A stretch of DNA of 63,933 nucleotides, counting the filler. It is 7 parts of 7 records of this genome, joined end to end, with 100 filler letters (N's around TTAATTAATTAA, not from the genome) between each part and the next. Parts side by side here need not be neighbours in the genome. Positions count along the whole stretch, not along the records: positions 25,095 to 32,826 come from SRR31156797_12712; positions 32,927 to 41,037 come from SRR31156797_12713; 5 more parts are not named here. One strand, 5' to 3'. A model generated the notes under the pieces. It saw only the letters and a program-made list of their open reading frames with translations. It was not told the DNA's origin and did no database searches. Each line of letters opens with the position of its first letter. Position 1 is the first letter of the stretch. Position numbers and translations under genes: made by a program. Below, piece after piece: positions 28,052-38,563 of the stretch.

Positions 28052-28618
28052 CTAAAAAAGGCTTTTTTGAGTTCCTCCATTCTCTTCACCTAAAGCTTTT
28101 AATCTAAAAGTTTTTCTGTGTTCGCTACTTCTTCCAAACTCTTTTATCTTTTCAACATGGGCTTTTGTTCCATAACCTTTGTGTTTTTCAAAATCATAAT
28201 CAGCAAAATTTTTTGCGATATCACACATATATCTATCTCTACTAACTTTTGCTAAAATAGAAGCTGCACTAACTTCTTGTATTGTAGCATCAGCTTTAAT
28301 TTTGTGTGCAAGGTTTGATATTCCAAAAGATGTATTTCCATCCATTAGATATTCACTTGCTTTTACATTTTTCATTATCTCTTCAATAGATGATTTTAAA
28401 CAAGCACTTATACCTTTTTCGTCTATCTCTTTTGCACTTTTAAAAACAATGTGATACTCACAGTTCTTTATTATTTCATCAAATAAAACTTCTCTTTTTT
28501 TCTCAGTTAGTTTTTTTGAATCATTTAAACCTTTAATTTCATTTTTTATTACTGCACCAGCAACAACAAGTGGACCAGCTATTGGACCTCTTCCAGCTTC
28601 ATCAATTCCGCAAAGCAT
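28052..28618 (-). CDS. rnhB: Ribonuclease HII
   Basis: GIDEAGRGP, LNDSKKL, DG, K.D, SAASILAKV.RD, KGYGT. Confidence 0.96.
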   Translation of the reverse strand: MLCGIDEAGRGPIAGPLVVAGAVIKNEIKGLNDSKKLTEKKREVLFDEIIKNCEYHIVFKSAKEIDEKGISACLKSSIEEIMKNVKASEYLMDGNTSFGISNLAHKIKADATIQEVSAASILAKVSRDRYMCDIAKNFADYDFEKHKGYGTKAHVEKIKEFGRSSEHRKTFRLKALGEENGGTQKSLF

Positions 28619-28717
28619 ATAAACCCCTAAAAAATATTTTTTTTGTTATCTTTTTATAAATATTGAGTTGAATTATAGCTTATTAATTGTATAATAGGCT
28701 GTCGTTTTGGAGATTTT

Positions 28718-29839
28718 ATGAAGAAAACTAATTATTTTATAATCCCACTAATTATTATAACTCTTTTATCTTTTCTTTATTTAAATAAAGATAGAGATAT
28801 CAAAATAGGTTTTGTTGGTGGCTTAAGTGGAAAATACTCAAATTTAGGACATTCTGTTTTAAATGGACTAAAACTTGCTTTTGATGAAGAGAGAATTATT
28901 AACGGCAAAAAAATAGACCTTGTAATTAAAGATGATATGCAAAATGAAGAAGTTGCAAAAAATGCAATTGATTTCTTTGAAAAAGAAAAAATCAATATTG
29001 TAGTTGGAAATATTACTAGTTCTATGACAAAAGTCTCACTAGATAGAATAAAAGACAAAAATATTTTTTTAATATCACCCTCAAGTAGTAGTAGTCAATT
29101 TAGTAATATAGATGATAATTTTTTTAGACTACAAGTTGCACAATCTGAAAGTAGATTTGATATGTTGTCAAAATATCTAATTTCAAAAAATAAAAAAAAT
29201 ATTTATGTTCTTTATGATAAAAAAAACAAAACTTATACAAAAAACTATTTAAAAAACTTTGAAGAATCACTTATTTCAAATGGTGGTACAACATTTCTAG
29301 AAACCAAAAGTATAAATATAAAATATGAAAATATTTTAAAAGATATAAAAACTTATTCAAATATTGATGCCATATTAATAGTTGCAAATTCTCTGGATAG
29401 CTCTAGAATTATTCAATATTTAAAATTAAATAATTTAGATGATAAAACAATTATAGCAAGTGGATGGGCAAAAAGTAGAGAATTTATTGAGTATGGCGGA
29501 AGAGCAGTAAAGGATGTAATTTTTTTAACTTCATATGATGAAAACTCAAAAGAGATGGATTATTTAGATTTTGTTGACAAATATAAAAACAAGTACAACA
29601 CATTTCCTACGATGTTTTCTGCTCAAGGTTATGAAACTGGAAAAATTATAATTAAAGTGCTAAAAGAAAATATGAACACGAGAGAGTTTAAAAGCACACT
29701 TTTAAAAATTGGTAAATTTAAAGGTTTGCAAGGATTTATAAAGTTTAATATTTATGGTGATATTAAAAGAGAACAATATTTAACAAAAGTAAAAGATAAT
29801 GAATTTAAAAGAATAGATTTAGGTAATAATGAAAACTAA
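28718..29839 (+). CDS. LivJ-like type 1 periplasmic binding protein, membrane-anchored
   Basis: IKIGFVG.LSG....LG, INGKKI.L...DD, VG...SS, FFR, GYE. Confidence 0.85.
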   Translation: MKKTNYFIIPLIIITLLSFLYLNKDRDIKIGFVGGLSGKYSNLGHSVLNGLKLAFDEERIINGKKIDLVIKDDMQNEEVAKNAIDFFEKEKINIVVGNITSSMTKVSLDRIKDKNIFLISPSSSSSQFSNIDDNFFRLQVAQSESRFDMLSKYLISKNKKNIYVLYDKKNKTYTKNYLKNFEESLISNGGTTFLETKSINIKYENILKDIKTYSNIDAILIVANSLDSSRIIQYLKLNNLDDKTIIASGWAKSREFIEYGGRAVKDVIFLTSYDENSKEMDYLDFVDKYKNKYNTFPTMFSAQGYETGKIIIKVLKENMNTREFKSTLLKIGKFKGLQGFIKFNIYGDIKREQYLTKVKDNEFKRIDLGNNEN

Positions 29840-31997
29840 AAGTTTGAGAAACCAAATATTCCAGGTATTGATTTTTTTTATTGTATCAATAATTTTAACA
29901 ATAGGAGTCCTCTCAATAACTAATATTTATAATTCAAAAATAAGTTTAATAATATTTAATCAAAACTTAGTATTAAAACAAGTAAACAATGAAGTAAATG
30001 AATTAATAAAAGAGATAAAAGAGATGTCTTCTTTTATAGAAAAAAAATACAATCAAAGTTGGTTAGACACACATTCTATAGCAAATCTTTTGGAGATTAA
30101 TGAAAATATTTCAAATATATTAATTTTAGATAATAAAGGTATTTTAGAAAAGTATTTTATTAAGGAGAATGAAAAAATTAATATTTATAAAGGTTTTGAT
30201 TATTCTAATAAAGATTTTTTTAAAGAATTAAAAAATAAAGATACATTCTGGTCAAATGTATTTTTATCAGCTATAGATGAAGTTCCAACTGTAGCTTATA
30301 GTTTTAGAATCAAAAACAATAAGATAGGTGTAATATTAATAAACCTAGAAAAGATTTCAAACTTTATTCACAGATTTAGAAATCAAGACAATACATTTAT
30401 GGTTAGGGTTTTTGATAGAAATGGAACACTTATTATTAATCCAGAAAACTCTTTTCTTGTAGCACAAAGGTTTAATGCAAAATCTTCAGAAGTATTTACT
30501 AAACTTATAAACAAAAAACATCCTTTGGAGCAAGAGACATATTATTCTAACATAGATAAAAATGAACAATTTGGGTCTTATTATATAAACGAAAATACTA
30601 AGTGGAATATTGTAGTTAAAGAAAACTATTTAAAGATTTTAAATTCACTATATTCTGTAGTATTAAGCTATACCTTTTTGATTATATTATTTATTGTGAT
30701 TGCAATATATTTGTCATATACTATTTCAAAGAAGATTTTTTTATCTTTTAATGAGATACATAATATAACTTCAAGAATTGCAAGTGGAAATTATAATCAG
30801 AAGTTTGAAAAACTTTATTATAATGAGTTTAACAAACTTTTAGATAGTTTTTATAAAATGCAAAAAGAGATTGATAAAAGAGAAGATAGCCTTGAGCAAT
30901 CACTTATTAGTTTTAAATCTCTATTTAACTCAACAATGGAGTGTGTAGTATTTTCAGACGGTACAATAGTAAGTGATGTAAATGATGTAACACTAAAAAC
31001 ATTTGGTTTTAAATCTAAAAATGAAGTAATTGGAATGAGTGTATTAGATTATATTGTTGAAGAGCATAAAGGGATTGTTGCAGAGAGTTTTAAATCAGAT
31101 TCAACATTACCTTATGAAATAGACTTTTATCGAGTAGATGGAACAATAATGAATGCATTAGTTCAAGGTAGATTTATTGAATTAGAGGGAAAAAGAGTAA
31201 GGGTTTCAACTCTTATAGATATTAGTGATGTAAAAAATAAAGATAAAATACTTTTTCAACAAACAAAAATGGCTTCGATGGGTGAAATGATTGGTAACAT
31301 TGCACACCAATGGAGACAACCTCTAAACATAATAAGTACAAGTGCAAGTAGTGTTAAATTTGAACAGGAATTTGGTGTTTTACAAGAAAATCAACTTGGT
31401 CAATCAATGGATATAATTGTAGATAATGCTCTTTATTTATCTAAAACAATAGATGACTTTAGAAACTTCTTTAAAACAGATAAAACTGTAGAAGGTTTTG
31501 ATGCTGTAGAAGTTGTAGAAAAAGCCTTAAAACTTATTCATTCAAGTATGGAAAATAATAATATTCAAATTCAAAAAAAGTATTTGGATGAGAGAGTTAG
31601 AATTGAAGGTTACCCAAACGAATTTATACAAGTGATAATAAATATTTTTAATAACTCAAAAGATGCTTTTATATTAAATGAAGTAGAAAATAGAGTTATA
31701 AGAATAGTTGAAAAGATTGAAAACAATTCATATAAGTTAAAAATTATGGACAATGCAGGGGGAATTCCAGATGAGATTCTCTATAAAATATTTGACCCTT
31801 ATTTTACAACTAAACATAAATCACAAGGGACGGGAATAGGTCTATATATGTCTCATCAAGTTATTGTAGACCATATGAAAGGTGACTTATACGCTAAAAA
31901 TATTAATTTTATCAATGAAAATAAAACTTCAAAAGGTTCTTGTTTTACTATAAAAATGCCCATAAAATCACAATATTCAAATACTTTTGAAATATAA
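29829..31997 (+). CDS. Sensor histidine kinase (Cache-like, HAMP, PAS, HisKA, HATPase)
   Basis: Two TMs; MGEMIGNIAHQWRQPL; N.KDA, DNAGGI, IFDPYFTTK, GTGIGL. Confidence 0.93.
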   Translation: MKTKSLRNQIFQVLIFFIVSIILTIGVLSITNIYNSKISLIIFNQNLVLKQVNNEVNELIKEIKEMSSFIEKKYNQSWLDTHSIANLLEINENISNILILDNKGILEKYFIKENEKINIYKGFDYSNKDFFKELKNKDTFWSNVFLSAIDEVPTVAYSFRIKNNKIGVILINLEKISNFIHRFRNQDNTFMVRVFDRNGTLIINPENSFLVAQRFNAKSSEVFTKLINKKHPLEQETYYSNIDKNEQFGSYYINENTKWNIVVKENYLKILNSLYSVVLSYTFLIILFIVIAIYLSYTISKKIFLSFNEIHNITSRIASGNYNQKFEKLYYNEFNKLLDSFYKMQKEIDKREDSLEQSLISFKSLFNSTMECVVFSDGTIVSDVNDVTLKTFGFKSKNEVIGMSVLDYIVEEHKGIVAESFKSDSTLPYEIDFYRVDGTIMNALVQGRFIELEGKRVRVSTLIDISDVKNKDKILFQQTKMASMGEMIGNIAHQWRQPLNIISTSASSVKFEQEFGVLQENQLGQSMDIIVDNALYLSKTIDDFRNFFKTDKTVEGFDAVEVVEKALKLIHSSMENNNIQIQKKYLDERVRIEGYPNEFIQVIINIFNNSKDAFILNEVENRVIRIVEKIENNSYKLKIMDNAGGIPDEILYKIFDPYFTTKHKSQGTGIGLYMSHQVIVDHMKGDLYAKNINFINENKTSKGSCFTIKMPIKSQYSNTFEI

Positions 31998-32059
31998 CTT
32001 GACAAATTAGCACTCAGGTTGCTATAATGCTATTAGCAATTAAACCAAAGGAGTGCTAA
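31998..32059 (+). promoter_or_regulatory. clpB sigma70 promoter overlapped by two CIRCE-like elements and a HAIR-like element
   Basis: TTGACA (31999) -18 nt- TATAAT (32023); TTAGCACTC-N9-TAATGCTAT (32007-32033); TTAGCAATT-N9-GAGTGCTAA (32033-32059); CTTGACA-N7-ACTCAGG (31998-32018). Confidence 0.8.
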
Positions 32060-32061
32060 AA

Positions 32062-32826
32062 ATGAATAAATTATTTGAAAAACTAACAAATCAAATGCAT
32101 GAAACTATTGATTCTTCAGTAGCTTTGGCATTACATAATAAAAATCAAGAAGTAGAGGTTATCCATTTTCTATGGGCTTTACTTACAAACACTAACTCAG
32201 TATTAAATCAATTATTAAATAAAATGAATATAGATAAAGCTGCTATTGAGTTAGAAGCAAAATCATATGCAAGTAAACTCCCTTCTGTATCAAATTTGAC
32301 AAAAGAGAATATAAAACTATCAAGAGCATTTGCAGAGAGTCTACAAAAAGCTGAAGGAATGATGGCTAAAAATGGAGATAAATTTATAGCTATTGATAGT
32401 TGGCTTATTGCAAATTTTGATTCTAAAACTTTAAAAGAGGTGTTAGGTAAATATATAAATCTTCATGATGCAAAAAAAGAGCTTGAAGCAATGAGATCAG
32501 GAACTACAATAGATAGTGCAAGTGCAGATGAAAATCTTGAAGCTTTAGGAAAATATGGAATTGATTTAAATCAAAAAGCAATTGATGGGGAACTTGACCC
32601 AGTAATTGGTAGAGATGAACAAATCAACAGAATGATGCAAATACTTATCAGAAAAACAAAAAACAACCCAATTTTACTTGGTGAACCTGGAACTGGTAAA
32701 ACAGCTATTGCAGAAGGACTTGCTCAAAGAATTGTAAACAAAGATGTTCCAACTTCACTTTTAAATAAAAAAGTTGTAACACTAGATATGAGTTCTATGA
32801 TTGCAGGTGCAAAATATAGAGGTGAA
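32062..32826 (+). CDS. clpB: Chaperone ClpB, 3'-truncated
   Basis: Clp N-domain; [31 protein letters not shown]. Confidence 0.9.
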
Positions 32827-32926
32827 NNNNNNNNNNNNNNNNNNNNNNNNNNNNNNNNNNNNNNNNNNNNTTAATTAATTAANNNNNNNNNNNNNNNNNN
32901 NNNNNNNNNNNNNNNNNNNNNNNNNN
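32827..32926. other. Artificial contig spacer
   Basis: 44 N + TTAATTAATTAA + 44 N. Confidence 0.99.
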
Positions 32927-33295
32927 CGTGAACTGGTTGCACTGCTGTTTGGCCCCCTGTGGATGCTGTCCGGCGCTTATCTTCTGATCACAGATGAACA
33001 GGTAAGAATGGACTTGGTCTTCCATCGTTTCAGCAACAGGAAAAAGGCCATTTTCGATTTGATTACATTTACGCTGTTTTTCTTCTACTTTGGGGCAATC
33101 TTATTTTACGGGTGGCAGGATTGGTGGAGCTGTCTTATTAACAACGAACACTCAAGATCGGTTTGGAGACCTGTGTTGTGGCCCTTCAAACTGGCAATAC
33201 CTGTAGGGGTTACCTTGCTGCTGACTGCAGGGATAGCCAAGTATATACGCGATCTGTACACAGCGATTACCGGGAGGGACTGGGATGGGAATTGA
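32927..33295 (+). CDS. dctQ: TRAP transporter small permease, 5'-truncated
   Basis: GAY.L....VR.D, E.S.S.W.P..WP.K..IP.G; overlaps dctM start. Confidence 0.82.
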   Translation, partial: RELVALLFGPLWMLSGAYLLITDEQVRMDLVFHRFSNRKKAIFDLITFTLFFFYFGAILFYGWQDWWSCLINNEHSRSVWRPVLWPFKLAIPVGVTLLLTAGIAKYIRDLYTAITGRDWDGN

Positions 33296-34601
33296 ATGGA
33301 TCACTATATTATTGTTTGGCAGTATACTGCTGTTGCTGCTGACAGGTTTTCCCATAAGCTACGGGCTGGGAGCGGTCGCCATGATATTCTCCCTGTGGCT
33401 GTGGGGGCCGGAATCCCTTTTAATGGGGTATCTGGCAGCCGTGAGTACAGTGAATTATACGGTGCTGGTCTGTATTCCAATGTTTGTGTTCATGGGTATG
33501 ATGCTCTATTATTCAGGGATCGCCGATGATCTGTTCACAACATTTCAGTACTGGCTGGCAGCCATACCGGGGGGCCTGGCATCGGCTACCATTGGTGTCT
33601 GCACCATGATTGCAGCGCTGGTCAGCTCCGAAGCCGCCGGTACGCTTACCATGGGAAGGATAGCGCTGCCGCTGATGCGCAAACGGGGATATCAAAAAGA
33701 GATTGCAGTGGGGTGTATCCAGGCGGGTGCCGCTCTGGGATTTCTTGTTCCGCCAAGTTTCATCGCAATCCTTTATGCCGTTATCGCCAAAGAATCCATA
33801 GGCAGGCTCTTTCTCGGCGGTGCCATACCCGGATTGATGCTGGCTGTCATGTACATCATTTACATTACCATACGATGCAAAATTCATCCGCATATTGCCC
33901 CCACCATACCCAAGCATGAAAGGCCGTCTCGGCGTGAAAAAATACGAAGCCTCAGGCATCTTATTCTGCCGTGTCTCCTTATATTTTCTGTGATGGGAAC
34001 CATTATGATGGGGCTGACCACACCTGTGGAGTCCGCTGCAATGGGCGCCTTGGGCGGCGTAATTGCTGTTGCCATTAAAGGAAAGCTCAGCCTGAAGCTG
34101 ATATCTGATGCACTCATGGACAGTTCAAAGCTTACGGCCATTATGATGTGGATATTCATGGGAGCGCTGACCTTTGGCCAGATATATGATGCGCTGGGGG
34201 CCAAAGAGATCATACATACGGTGACAACGGCGCTTCCTCTCGGGCCATGGGGGGTACTCGTCATGATTCAGTGCACCTTTTTTATTTTAGGGATGTTCAT
34301 GGATGATACGGCGATTTTGTTTATTACCATGCCGATATATATTCCGATTATAAACGAGCTTGGGTTCCATCCGGTATGGTTCGGCGTTCTTTACATTATT
34401 AATATGCAGATGGCCTACATGACCCCTCCGTTTGGGTATTGCCTGATGTTGATAAAGGGCGTTGTGCCGCCGGATATCTCCATGGCGGATATTTACCGGT
34501 CGGTCATTCCTTTTGTCATCATACAAGGCATTGCCCTTGGGTTGATTATGATATTCCCTGAACTCGTACTCTGGCTGCCAAGAGTTATGCTGGGGGGATA
34601 A
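33285..34601 (+). CDS. dctM: TRAP transporter large permease
   Basis: About 12 TMs; IPMFVFMG, PGGLA, LG.LVPPS, TP.ESAA.G, TPPFG. Confidence 0.93.
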   Translation: MGIEWITILLFGSILLLLLTGFPISYGLGAVAMIFSLWLWGPESLLMGYLAAVSTVNYTVLVCIPMFVFMGMMLYYSGIADDLFTTFQYWLAAIPGGLASATIGVCTMIAALVSSEAAGTLTMGRIALPLMRKRGYQKEIAVGCIQAGAALGFLVPPSFIAILYAVIAKESIGRLFLGGAIPGLMLAVMYIIYITIRCKIHPHIAPTIPKHERPSRREKIRSLRHLILPCLLIFSVMGTIMMGLTTPVESAAMGALGGVIAVAIKGKLSLKLISDALMDSSKLTAIMMWIFMGALTFGQIYDALGAKEIIHTVTTALPLGPWGVLVMIQCTFFILGMFMDDTAILFITMPIYIPIINELGFHPVWFGVLYIINMQMAYMTPPFGYCLMLIKGVVPPDISMADIYRSVIPFVIIQGIALGLIMIFPELVLWLPRVMLGG

Positions 34602-34667
34602 GGTTTCAATGGCGGCAGGCGATTGAATTTACCTGTCGCCGTTTAACTTGATTTACACTGGGAACCA

Positions 34668-35747
34668 ATGATGGATAATTTGAAAACCACACCGGTACAG
34701 GACGGGTATTGGATGCCCGGTGAATTTGAATCCCATAAATCCTGCTGGATGGTCTGGCCGGAAAGGGGCGATACCTACCGGCTCAAGGCCGGACCGGCTC
34801 AAGCTGCTTTTGCGGATATTGCCAGGGCCATTCTCGAGTTCGAACCCTTAAGCATCTGTGTATCCAAAGCGGAGTTTGAACATGCAAAGGATATACTGCC
34901 CGGCCGGGCCACTCTTGTTGAAATGGAATCGGATGATGCCTGGGTAAGGGATACCGGCCCCAGCTTTGTGGTAAATAAAGACAGAGACATCAGGGGCGTC
35001 AACTGGGCGTTTAATGCCTGGGGCGGGATATTCACCCCCTTTGACAAAGACGCCGCCCTGGCCGGCAAGATTCTGGCCCGGGAGGGAATCGGTCAATATA
35101 ACGCCCCCCTGGTCCTTGAGGGCGGGTCCATCCATGTTGACGGGCAGGGCACCCTGATCACCACAAAAGAGTGCCTGCTCAACCCCAACCGGAATCCGGA
35201 CCTGTCCAAAGAGGAGATTGCCTCCCATCTCAAATCCTATCTCGGGGTTGAAAAAATAATCTGGCTGGATAAAGGGGTGTATATGGATGAGACGGACGGG
35301 CATGTGGACAATTTGTGCGCATTTGCCCGACCCGGAGAAGTTATCCTGACCTGGACGGAGGATACGTCGGATCCCCAGTTTGAGATTTCACAACATGCCT
35401 ATGGGATTTTGTCCCGCGCCACCGATGCCAGGGGCAGGAAACTGATTGTTCATAAAATCCATCAACCGGGCCCCCTTTATATTTCAAAGGGGGAAAGCTC
35501 AGGCTTCGATGTGGTGGAAGGTGCGAAAATGAGAAGGAAAGGAGACCGCCTTGCCGGCTCCTATGTCAACTTTTATATTGCCAACAGGGGAATTGTAATG
35601 CCGCTGTTCGACGATTCGGCAGACCGGGCCGCCATTGAGGCCATGGAAGACATTTTTCCGGATCGGAAGGTGATCGGCGTTCCCACAAGGGAAATCTTGC
35701 TTGGCGGCGGCAATATCCATTGCATGACCCAGCAGCAGCCCGGCTGA
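34668..35747 (+). CDS. aguA: Agmatine deiminase
   Basis: MPGEF, W.RD.GP, LEGGSIHVDG.GT, ETDGHVDN, SYVNFY, GGGNIHC.TQQ.P. Confidence 0.95.
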   Translation: MMDNLKTTPVQDGYWMPGEFESHKSCWMVWPERGDTYRLKAGPAQAAFADIARAILEFEPLSICVSKAEFEHAKDILPGRATLVEMESDDAWVRDTGPSFVVNKDRDIRGVNWAFNAWGGIFTPFDKDAALAGKILAREGIGQYNAPLVLEGGSIHVDGQGTLITTKECLLNPNRNPDLSKEEIASHLKSYLGVEKIIWLDKGVYMDETDGHVDNLCAFARPGEVILTWTEDTSDPQFEISQHAYGILSRATDARGRKLIVHKIHQPGPLYISKGESSGFDVVEGAKMRRKGDRLAGSYVNFYIANRGIVMPLFDDSADRAAIEAMEDIFPDRKVIGVPTREILLGGGNIHCMTQQQPG

Positions 35748-35773
35748 GTTAAAAACAGAGAAAAGGACAAACC

Positions 35774-36640
35774 ATGAGACAGGTGACCGTAGCCGCTACG
35801 CAAATGGCATGCGGCAATGACCGCGGGGAAAATATCGACCATGCCGAACATCTGGTGGCCGAGGCCTCCGGAAAAGGGGCTCAGATCATCCTGCTGCAGG
35901 AGCTTTTTGAAACCAGGTACTTCTGCCAGGAAGAAAAACAGGAATATTTCAGCCTGGCAGCCCCCCTTGAGGAGAATCCGGCAGTGGCGCATTTTGCAAA
36001 AATTGCGAAAAAACTCGGGGTTGTGCTGCCCATCTCTTTTTTTGAACGGAAGAACAAGGCCTTTTATAATACAGTAGCGGTGATTGATGCAGACGGCAGT
36101 ATTCTTGGAACCTACCGGAAATGCCATATTCCGGACGGTCCCGGATACGAGGAAAAATTCTACTTCAATCCTGGGGATAAGGGGTTTAAGGTCTGGGCCA
36201 CCAGAGTTGCCCATATCGGTGTGGGGATCTGTTGGGACCAATGGTTTCCCGAATCCGCCAGAATAATGGCCCTCAAGGGCGCGGAACTGCTGTTTTATCC
36301 AACGGCCATAGGGTCGGAGCCTGTGGATGACACCACCGATTCAAAAGACCATTGGCAGACATGCATGCAGGGTCATTCTGCCTGCAACATGCTTCCTGTC
36401 ATCGCCTCGAACCGGATAGGCAGCGAAGCATTTGACACCTCTCAGATTACCTTTTACGGGTCCTCATTTATTACGGATAATAAAGGCCGGGTGGTCGCCC
36501 AGGCCGGCCGTTCCGGGGAAGGGGTGGTTACCGCCACCTTTGATCTTGATCAGCACCGGCTTGAACGGTCTGCCTGGGGCCTTTTCAGGGACAGGAGACC
36601 ATCCCAGTACAAACCTCTTCTTACAAATGACGGCAGTTGA
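35774..36640 (+). CDS. aguB: N-carbamoylputrescine amidase
   Basis: Nitrilase triad E/K/C: LQELF, YRK.HIPDGPGY.EK.YF, ICWDQWFPE, YPTAIGSEP. Confidence 0.95.
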   Translation: MRQVTVAATQMACGNDRGENIDHAEHLVAEASGKGAQIILLQELFETRYFCQEEKQEYFSLAAPLEENPAVAHFAKIAKKLGVVLPISFFERKNKAFYNTVAVIDADGSILGTYRKCHIPDGPGYEEKFYFNPGDKGFKVWATRVAHIGVGICWDQWFPESARIMALKGAELLFYPTAIGSEPVDDTTDSKDHWQTCMQGHSACNMLPVIASNRIGSEAFDTSQITFYGSSFITDNKGRVVAQAGRSGEGVVTATFDLDQHRLERSAWGLFRDRRPSQYKPLLTNDGS

Positions 36641-36786
36641 CACCTCATTTCAGATAGAGGCCCAAAATAAAGGGGTGTTTTTTTTTTGCAGGGCTTGGTC
36701 TAATCGGCAGATATGAAATTATGGTACAGCCGGCCCGGGGCGGCCGGGCGGCTGCATGCTCTTCAGTGCTGAGGAAAAGTGAGCGT

Positions 36787-37764
36787 ATGAAATCAAACGG
36801 CAGTAAAATAAAGGGGTTAACCGAAGCGGTTAACACCTATGTCAAAGACGGGTGCCATTTATCCATAGGAGGATTCACCATAAACCGGAATCCCATGGCT
36901 GCGGTGTATGAAATCATCCGCCGGAAAATAAAAAACATCCATTTATATGCCCATTCCAACGGCCAGGGCGTGGATGAGCTTGTGGGATCCGGTGCGGTTA
37001 AAAATCTTGAGATCGCCTATGGCGGCAGCGGTAAGTTTGCATCCACCTGCATCCGGTTCAGGAAGGCTGTTGAAGAGAAAAAGATCACGGTGGAGGATTA
37101 TTCCAACTATCAGATGACCCTGAGGTTCCTGGCCGGGGCCATGGGAATACCTTTCCTGCCCACACGGTCTTCCATGGGAACGGATATTATAAACATCTGG
37201 GGGTTTTCGCCTGAGATGAGAAAAGAAAACCCAAGACTTCCCGATGACAAGCTGATTGAGATGGATAATCCTTTCGGGGAGTGGGGGAATACAAGAAAAC
37301 TTGTCCTGGTCCCTGCCATTACCCCGGATGTGACCATCATCCATGTCCAGCGGGCGGATTACCGGGGCAACTGCAGGATAGAAGGGCTTACCTTTGCCGA
37401 TGTGGAGCAGGCAAAGGCCGCCAAAAGACTGATCGTCACCTGTGAGGAACTCATAGACGACGACTTTTTAAAGGATCAGCCCGACCGGAACCAGATTCCG
37501 TTTATCCATGCAGATGCCGTTGTTCACGTCCCCTACGGCGCTTATCCCACGGCCTGTTTCGGCTGCTATGATTATGATCCGGTCTTTTTAAAGGACTATG
37601 CAAAGGCGGCCAAGGATGAGGCCTTATACCAATCATACATTGAAGACAGTATTTTAAATCTGCCCACCCACAGCGACCTGCTTGACGCGGTGGGCAGAAA
37701 ACGTCTTGAAATGATTGCGGCAAACGAAAACCGCGGATATGCAAAGCACCTTGACAGGAGATAG
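36787..37764 (+). CDS. CoA-transferase subunit A (glutaconate CoA-transferase-like)
   Basis: IGGF...R.PMA, AGAMG.PF.P, PD...IH.QRAD..GN, P.GA.PT...G.Y..D. Confidence 0.85.
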   Translation: MKSNGSKIKGLTEAVNTYVKDGCHLSIGGFTINRNPMAAVYEIIRRKIKNIHLYAHSNGQGVDELVGSGAVKNLEIAYGGSGKFASTCIRFRKAVEEKKITVEDYSNYQMTLRFLAGAMGIPFLPTRSSMGTDIINIWGFSPEMRKENPRLPDDKLIEMDNPFGEWGNTRKLVLVPAITPDVTIIHVQRADYRGNCRIEGLTFADVEQAKAAKRLIVTCEELIDDDFLKDQPDRNQIPFIHADAVVHVPYGAYPTACFGCYDYDPVFLKDYAKAAKDEALYQSYIEDSILNLPTHSDLLDAVGRKRLEMIAANENRGYAKHLDRR

Positions 37765-37772
37765 GTAAGGAA

Positions 37773-38534
37773 ATGGACTATACACCCAAAGAATTGATGA
37801 CCATTGCCGCGGCCAGGGAAATCAGGAATGACGACATTGTTTTCTGCGGCACGGGCATCTCAATGCTGGCGGCCATGGCCGCCAAAAACATCAATGCCCC
37901 CCACAGTGTTATTTTTTTTGAAACAGGGGCCATTGATTCAAAACTGGAAGACCTTCCCCTGGCAGTGGCTGATCCGAGGATCATGTACCAATCCTCATCC
38001 AATGCCGGGCTTCTTGAGGCCTTTGGCACCATGCAGAATCAGATCACGGGCCGGCATGTGGTGGGCATCCTGGGCGCTGCCCAGATCGATATCTACGGGA
38101 ACCTTAATTCAACCGTGATCGGTGACTATGAGGGGCCGGATATCCGGTTTTCAGGCAGCGGCGGCGCCTGTGACGTTGCCTCCTTTGTGTCAAGGAGCAT
38201 CATCTTCATGACCCAGGAGAAGCGAAAGTTCAAGAAGAAACTGGATTATCTGACCACCCCGGGCTACCTGGACGGGCCCGGTGCCCGGGAAAGGGCGGAC
38301 CTTCCCGGAGGCGGCCCGGATAAAGTCATCACCAACATGGGGATCATGGGGTTTGATCATCACACCCGGCAGATGTATCTCAAGGGGTATTTTCCCGGCA
38401 TCACCCCGGATGACATCCTGGACAAGATGGAGTTTAGAATTGATATCACCCGGGCCGGGGAGGTTGAGCCGCCCTCGGAGAATGAGCTGTCCCTGCTGAG
38501 GGAAAAATGCGATCCCCAGAGGCTGATTCTTTGA
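37773..38534 (+). CDS. CoA-transferase subunit B (glutaconate CoA-transferase-like)
   Basis: AAREI, F.GTG, catalytic E in FETG, GAAQID.YGNLN, GSGGA.D, D..T.PG. Confidence 0.85.
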   Translation: MDYTPKELMTIAAAREIRNDDIVFCGTGISMLAAMAAKNINAPHSVIFFETGAIDSKLEDLPLAVADPRIMYQSSSNAGLLEAFGTMQNQITGRHVVGILGAAQIDIYGNLNSTVIGDYEGPDIRFSGSGGACDVASFVSRSIIFMTQEKRKFKKKLDYLTTPGYLDGPGARERADLPGGGPDKVITNMGIMGFDHHTRQMYLKGYFPGITPDDILDKMEFRIDITRAGEVEPPSENELSLLREKCDPQRLIL

Positions 38535-38563
38535 CATTCCAAGATAATTGTTAAAAGGAAAAA

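Noticed and set aside
35573-36241. 222-aa minus-strand ORF and similar shadows in contig 4
   Set aside because: Antisense to well-supported aguA/aguB; typical of GC-rich codon bias
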